DNA from: Roseibacillus sp.
Lineage (GTDB): Bacteria > Verrucomicrobiota > Verrucomicrobiia > Verrucomicrobiales > Akkermansiaceae
Length of the DNA: 64,000 nt
Direction: 5' to 3'
Assembly (NCBI GenBank): GCA_965242925.1
Contig: CBDEUM010000014.1
Coordinates: 320,001 to 384,000, forward strand
Both the position numbers and the translations under genes were made by a program. Position 1 is the stretch's first letter. Every line of letters starts with the position of its first letter. A model generated the notes under the pieces. It did no database searches and was not told where the DNA came from. It worked only from the letters and a program-made list of their open reading frames with translations. Of the stretch, positions 60,601 through 64,000 are shown piece after piece.

Positions 60601-61492
60601 CCAGGGACGACTTCTCAGTATCGGAGACGGAATCAGGGAAACCAACAACGTCAGGCAGATCCGGAATTCCAGATGGAGCGTCTATGGCGTGAAGCGGGCC
60701 TACGACGGCAATATCACCGCTATCGGCACGGGTCGCCGGTTTGAGGGATCCTTCCATTACATGACCGCAGATATAGCCGAATTGATAGTCTTCTCCAATC
60801 TTCAGAGCAACTCGACCGGAGTGGGCATGGACCGGATCCGGAATTATTTGGAGCGAAAATACGCTATCGGCGACACGCCGCGCGGAGTGGTCGATGATGC
60901 CAATCTTCAGGAACCCACCAGATTCCATCTTGACGGACGGCTCATCGAATCGGTCACCATCCTGAACGAGCGAACCGCGACCTTTTCCGCGCCCGCCATC
61001 GACCTCCCCTCATCGGGGCCACTGTCTCTCCCCCTTTCTGTCAGTCGGGGCACGGAGAGCAGCTCCGCCCCGGAGAGATTCCGGTATTACCTTCCCGCCT
61101 ACGACCAATGGGCAACCCGCAATCTGCCTTCCGAAAGTCGGGGCGCACTTGAGGATCACGATCACGATGGCATTACGAATCTGTTGGAATTCGCGACTTC
61201 TTCCCTTCCGGTCGGGTCAACCGGAACTCCGCTTTTTCCCGTTTCCCATGAGGGGTCAACACTGCCTTCGATGCGGTTCTACCGCAATCCTGACGCAACT
61301 GATGTATTCCTCACCGTTGAGTATTCCCATGACCTGCGATCCTGGAGCGCACTTCCCGCGGATGATCCGGGGATATCCGTGGCGGATCCTGATCCCTTCG
61401 GGGACGGAAGCGCAATCCTGATGGAGGTGGGGGCCGCCCCCGACAATCCCCGAGTGTTCTACCGGCTACGGGCAGAAAGATTGGGTCTCTAA
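57602..61492 (+). CDS. Large secreted right-handed beta-helix protein with IPT/TIG, DUF2341-like, LamG-like and Ca-binding modules (possible polysaccharide-active enzyme)
   Basis: Signal peptide; FHVAP..GDNANPGTLAQPFATI; Asn-ladder repeats; APDIGALEY; PDCSDLRVV..LSYWVE..LWVK; NGLPAACFNG..IAELIVF..YLERKY; DHDHDGITNLLEFA; SHDLRSW..FYRL. Confidence 0.82.
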   Translation: MFPPKRSICTILSLGLLSSVAAGTDFHVAPPPLGDNANPGTLAQPFATITHAELQTAAGDTVHLHEGIYREFVLFRSAGTPAAPITYQPYNDGSGPDKVTVSGFDPITPGSNGAGHWQVHDGSIYKIQLSPSYGLIPGASTILIDGIVQKLARWPNAPSPYDFHWNNMASPQGAAHDPSSEGPEPPYSGTFFTATYTDAELPGEGPNEWLGARIDTSPGTGVFRDTGLVIGSEAGGLTFRYRPYLQSTAFVSEADPYFLWNHLRALDQEGEYFYDIEGVSGPPHTLYLHAPGGTSPAGHRVEIKSRQYSFDLNWSRNVHIRELEFLGGGIRCPVSSSHISMDDLVLRYCGSGLNSLWTGRAAIWIKGDGHKVLNSCIDSSYGGGLITLGTNTELKNNVIRDCLLYGIASWESSNATVHHNTTFGIGSENIHMYSPAGTFNYNHCYHGGKRVTDSASMNSNYNGDLQGMEVAYNWVHTNVARRNDDHQWGGGRGIRMDTSPSNVFIHHNLIWGISAPTLSLMLWALDSNQVNYQNSMQRVYNNTIDGQIHIAGNGSIGGIDVRNNICTEIREFGTDPDPHIVRNNFLTIGKFEDRWPGNTIDSSLFVSAPTGNFELLEDSRAIDAGENIPGVTYGTVHGIAPDIGALEYDGDSNPHWSAGAILRPGDARNLMFSLLKKPNGDHYLVASGMPEGRIPPREFTVRLGGVVTLADHRLIYSTQSHTGEAYFRIEEDNLSGVIPVEFSLDGVTYQNHGDTVEFSGPSLSIDSIDVTSSTSSGGSLHTISGQGFGSTRWTVPLRMENIVGDDLSRAPVPIVFNTREHIEKNRMNPDCSDLRVVHWETGRELSYWVESGANSENTLLWVKFGEDSALSDRFSHIDESGYYLSFGDPDRQSASDPSIIYNYFPEFLDGELRVWASANRLAEQLNHGDAIASWGCSDQATTLTQPDPNSRPFLKLDQLNGLPAACFNGADYLHINDFPATVRGGLTVFAVTKAHPSHDPQGRLLSIGDGIRETNNVRQIRNSRWSVYGVKRAYDGNITAIGTGRRFEGSFHYMTADIAELIVFSNLQSNSTGVGMDRIRNYLERKYAIGDTPRGVVDDANLQEPTRFHLDGRLIESVTILNERTATFSAPAIDLPSSGPLSLPLSVSRGTESSSAPERFRYYLPAYDQWATRNLPSESRGALEDHDHDGITNLLEFATSSLPVGSTGTPLFPVSHEGSTLPSMRFYRNPDATDVFLTVEYSHDLRSWSALPADDPGISVADPDPFGDGSAILMEVGAAPDNPRVFYRLRAERLGL

Positions 61493-61499
61493 ACGGGCT

Positions 61500-63296
61500 C
61501 TAGGGCTCTATCACAAATCGGTAAAAAGCCTTTTCAGCGGCACTGGAATCATCCGTCCATTCGAGAAGGCCGGATCCTCCCAGCCCGGGGATACCCGGCA
61601 GGTCTTCCCACCCGGACAGATCGAAGGACCGCTGCAGGCGTAACGGGTAATCGTGTGAAGCATTGAACTCTCCGGGAATGACGGGCAACCCTGCGAGACT
61701 GATCCTGACACTCTCCGGGAACCTCTCGACAGACACCCCGCCATGCCGGAAGCGCTCCACTGCGTCACCGTCATTCAGGAAGGGACTGAACCCGAGTACT
61801 CTGAGATCCAGTTCCTGCTCATCGGACAGACCATCTTCATCACGATCCGCAGTGCCGAGGGCAGGCTTTTTCACATAGAAGACATCGTCCTGAAACGGTA
61901 TTCCGGACAGGGCCTCTTCCAGTTCCCCAAGCGCCCGCGGGTCGATCCCGTTCGGAAACGTCCCGAAATGCTCCCCCGGATCAGCGGCATGATCCATGAC
62001 TCTTCTGTAACTGCCGAAAAACGGGCCCTCGACCAGCTTCCACGTTCCCAGCTGGCCAATACGAAAGCGGGGTTTCGAATTTTTCGGATAGGTCGTACAG
62101 GACAAGGCCGGTGTATTCCACTCACGATCCGGATTCTCCTGCAGCGGGGCAAGAGACTGGCCATCGATGGGCTTGGGATAGGGCGAGACTCCTGCAAGGT
62201 CCAAGGCGGTGGGAAGAACATCGATCAATCCCACCTGGCGGTCACAGACCCGCCCTTCGGTAGCCATTCCCGGATGATGGATCATCATTGGCACGTGAAT
62301 GCTTTCCCTCGAATAATTCCGCTTGGAATAGAGGTGCAGGTGCTCCATCAGGCTGAAACCGTTGTCACTTGCAAAAACAATGACCGTGTTATCCCAGAGG
62401 TTGTTGGCGTCGGCGAAGTCCAGCACACGTCCCAGATTATGATCCATGAGGGTCACGGCACTGTAGTAGGCGTGAAAAAGCTCCCGCAGGTCTTCCTCGG
62501 GAAGCAACGGCCGTTCATCCGCAGCCTTTCCGTAGGGATAGGCATAAGGCGGCCAGTAGGCGTTATCATATGATTCCTCAATGTACTCCGGCAACGTGAA
62601 GGTCGCCGGATCATAGAGATCAGAGATCGCCTTCGGAACAATCCAGGGAGTGTGGGGCATGAAAAATCCGACCGCTACGAAGAACTTCTGGTCCGCTTCC
62701 AGACATTTTCCCATGGCGGCCATCGCCCCTGTTGCCGTCACTCCGTCCGCAAATTTCGCCGGATCTCCACCGTCGTATACAATGAAGCTCGTATCTCCGC
62801 TGATCCCCTTGTGGCCACTGAAATCACGCACCGAAGAAAACCTCCCATCAACAGAAAACGTCCGGGGAATCAACTCGTCCCACCGCTCGCTGCGCTCGTA
62901 GTGTTCCACCTTGCCATAGCTCCCGGCCCAATAACCCTCGGACCTGAAATACTGTGACATCCACATGCGATTCGGCACTACGTTTTCACCATTAGCGGTA
63001 GCTCCACCTGCAGCATGAATCCCAAGGTTCCAGGGAAAGAGCCCGGTGAGGAATGAACCTCTGGAGGGGGCGCAGAAAGGATACTGGCTCAGGCAGTTCC
63101 GGTAGTTCACGGTCCGTGCCGCCAGACGCGTCAGGTTCGGCGTGATCGCATCCACGTCCCCCAGCGGAGCAATCCGGCTGTTCAGGTCATCGGATATGAT
63201 CAGGAGCACATTATATGGCTCTTCCGTCCCGGCATGCACGTTACCAAGCAGAATACCTGCGAAGAAAAGTCTGATCGCCGTGCCCAGAGGTTTCAT
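61500..63296 (-). CDS. Secreted formylglycine-dependent sulfatase (iduronate-2-sulfatase-like) with C-terminal module
   Basis: NVLLIISDDL, CAPSRGSFLTG (CxPxR), GKVEH, GFFMPHTP, SDNG; tail DRDEDGLSDEQE and RSFDLSGW...FYRF. Start 63296 or 63311. Confidence 0.9.
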   Translation of the reverse strand: MKPLGTAIRLFFAGILLGNVHAGTEEPYNVLLIISDDLNSRIAPLGDVDAITPNLTRLAARTVNYRNCLSQYPFCAPSRGSFLTGLFPWNLGIHAAGGATANGENVVPNRMWMSQYFRSEGYWAGSYGKVEHYERSERWDELIPRTFSVDGRFSSVRDFSGHKGISGDTSFIVYDGGDPAKFADGVTATGAMAAMGKCLEADQKFFVAVGFFMPHTPWIVPKAISDLYDPATFTLPEYIEESYDNAYWPPYAYPYGKAADERPLLPEEDLRELFHAYYSAVTLMDHNLGRVLDFADANNLWDNTVIVFASDNGFSLMEHLHLYSKRNYSRESIHVPMMIHHPGMATEGRVCDRQVGLIDVLPTALDLAGVSPYPKPIDGQSLAPLQENPDREWNTPALSCTTYPKNSKPRFRIGQLGTWKLVEGPFFGSYRRVMDHAADPGEHFGTFPNGIDPRALGELEEALSGIPFQDDVFYVKKPALGTADRDEDGLSDEQELDLRVLGFSPFLNDGDAVERFRHGGVSVERFPESVRISLAGLPVIPGEFNASHDYPLRLQRSFDLSGWEDLPGIPGLGGSGLLEWTDDSSAAEKAFYRFVIEP

Positions 63297-63324
63297 GAAT
63301 TTCCTTAACATCCTGTCACTAACA

Positions 63325-64000
63325 TTAGTCCATCCAGCGACCAAGGGCCGCGGTGAGGGATTCTGACTTATGGACCCTGAACTGCTCCCCACATTCAATG
63401 GTGGCTCGCCTCCCGGTTCCGCTCTGCAGGTGGAGCAGAACAGGTGTTTCCCCGGGATGAGATGCCAGCACGCTCTGGATCTCCTCGAGATCCTCCGCCT
63501 TGCTGCGCGAGACCCAGAGTGAGAGCTCCAGCGGGCCGCCGCCATTCTGGCCGTTACGACCCTGACGAAGCTTCAGCTCCTTCAGACTGCTCCCCATGAT
63601 CTTGCGACTCTCCGTCCGGTCATCGATCGAAACCTCTCCCTTCAAGGCGATGACCCTGCCCTCTTCCAGGATACCAGCATCCCGCGCCGGGATGTAGGAC
63701 TCCCCCCAGCAAAGCACCTCCTGGCTGCCCGTGAAGTCCTCGATGACAAGAATCCCGAAGGGTTTGCCCTTCCTGGTCACGCGCTGCTCGATTTTCCGGA
63801 TCATTCCGGCGAATGGGAAGCGTGCCCGCCGGTCACTCAGATCAAGGTCATCCAGCAGGCCAAGCTTGCAGAACCGATCCGAGCTCAGCAGGACACGATA
63901 TTTGTCAAGGGGGTGACCCGTCACGTAGTAGCCCAGCAGTTCCTTCTCCTTTTCCAGGCGTTCGTCCTTGGGCCACTCCGGGATTTCATGTCGCGGGGCC
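63325..64000 (-). CDS. dnaE: DNA polymerase III alpha subunit, C-terminal part (truncated by the window edge)
   Basis: Frame open to the window end: EWPKDERLEKEKELLGYYVTGHPL, OB fold (TRKGKPFGILVIEDFTG), HPGETPVLL. Confidence 0.93.
   Translation of the reverse strand, partial: APRHEIPEWPKDERLEKEKELLGYYVTGHPLDKYRVLLSSDRFCKLGLLDDLDLSDRRARFPFAGMIRKIEQRVTRKGKPFGILVIEDFTGSQEVLCWGESYIPARDAGILEEGRVIALKGEVSIDDRTESRKIMGSSLKELKLRQGRNGQNGGGPLELSLWVSRSKAEDLEEIQSVLASHPGETPVLLHLQSGTGRRATIECGEQFRVHKSESLTAALGRWMD

Noticed and set aside
1..64000. PEP-CTERM substrates, tRNA/rRNA genes, CRISPR arrays, transposases or integrases, sel genes
   Set aside because: None recognised in the window. Exosortase targets and Sec machinery, if present, must be elsewhere.

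Overview
GC-rich bacterial window. Gene content and protein style suggest Verrucomicrobiota (inference). 1-22 kb is mostly housekeeping (frameshifted prfB, trmD, yicC, hemB, cysS, rlmN, ssb, rpsF, pth, rplY, prs) plus several exported proteins. 22.3-57.3 kb is a ~35 kb co-oriented minus-strand surface-polysaccharide locus with exosortase/EpsI, PAPS synthesis and sulfotransferases, GDP-fucose and GDP-mannose 3,5-epimerase genes, and a WbpA/B/E/I-like pathway carrying a formyltransferase where the acetyltransferase would be expected. It is headed by a GbsR-type regulator and an RfaH-like NusG paralog, and its leader holds matching TTCA-N8-TGAA operators, an ops-like element and three DnaA-box-like 9-mers. 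The right end has a large secreted beta-helix protein, a sulfatase and the 3' end of dnaE. The most striking signal is the exported SHD1-like protein at 1346-2101. Its in-frame TGA is followed by a Cys codon and a SECIS-like hairpin, and the frame stays open for 57 more protein-like codons, making it a candidate new selenoprotein. All calls are by eye from motifs; no searches were run.
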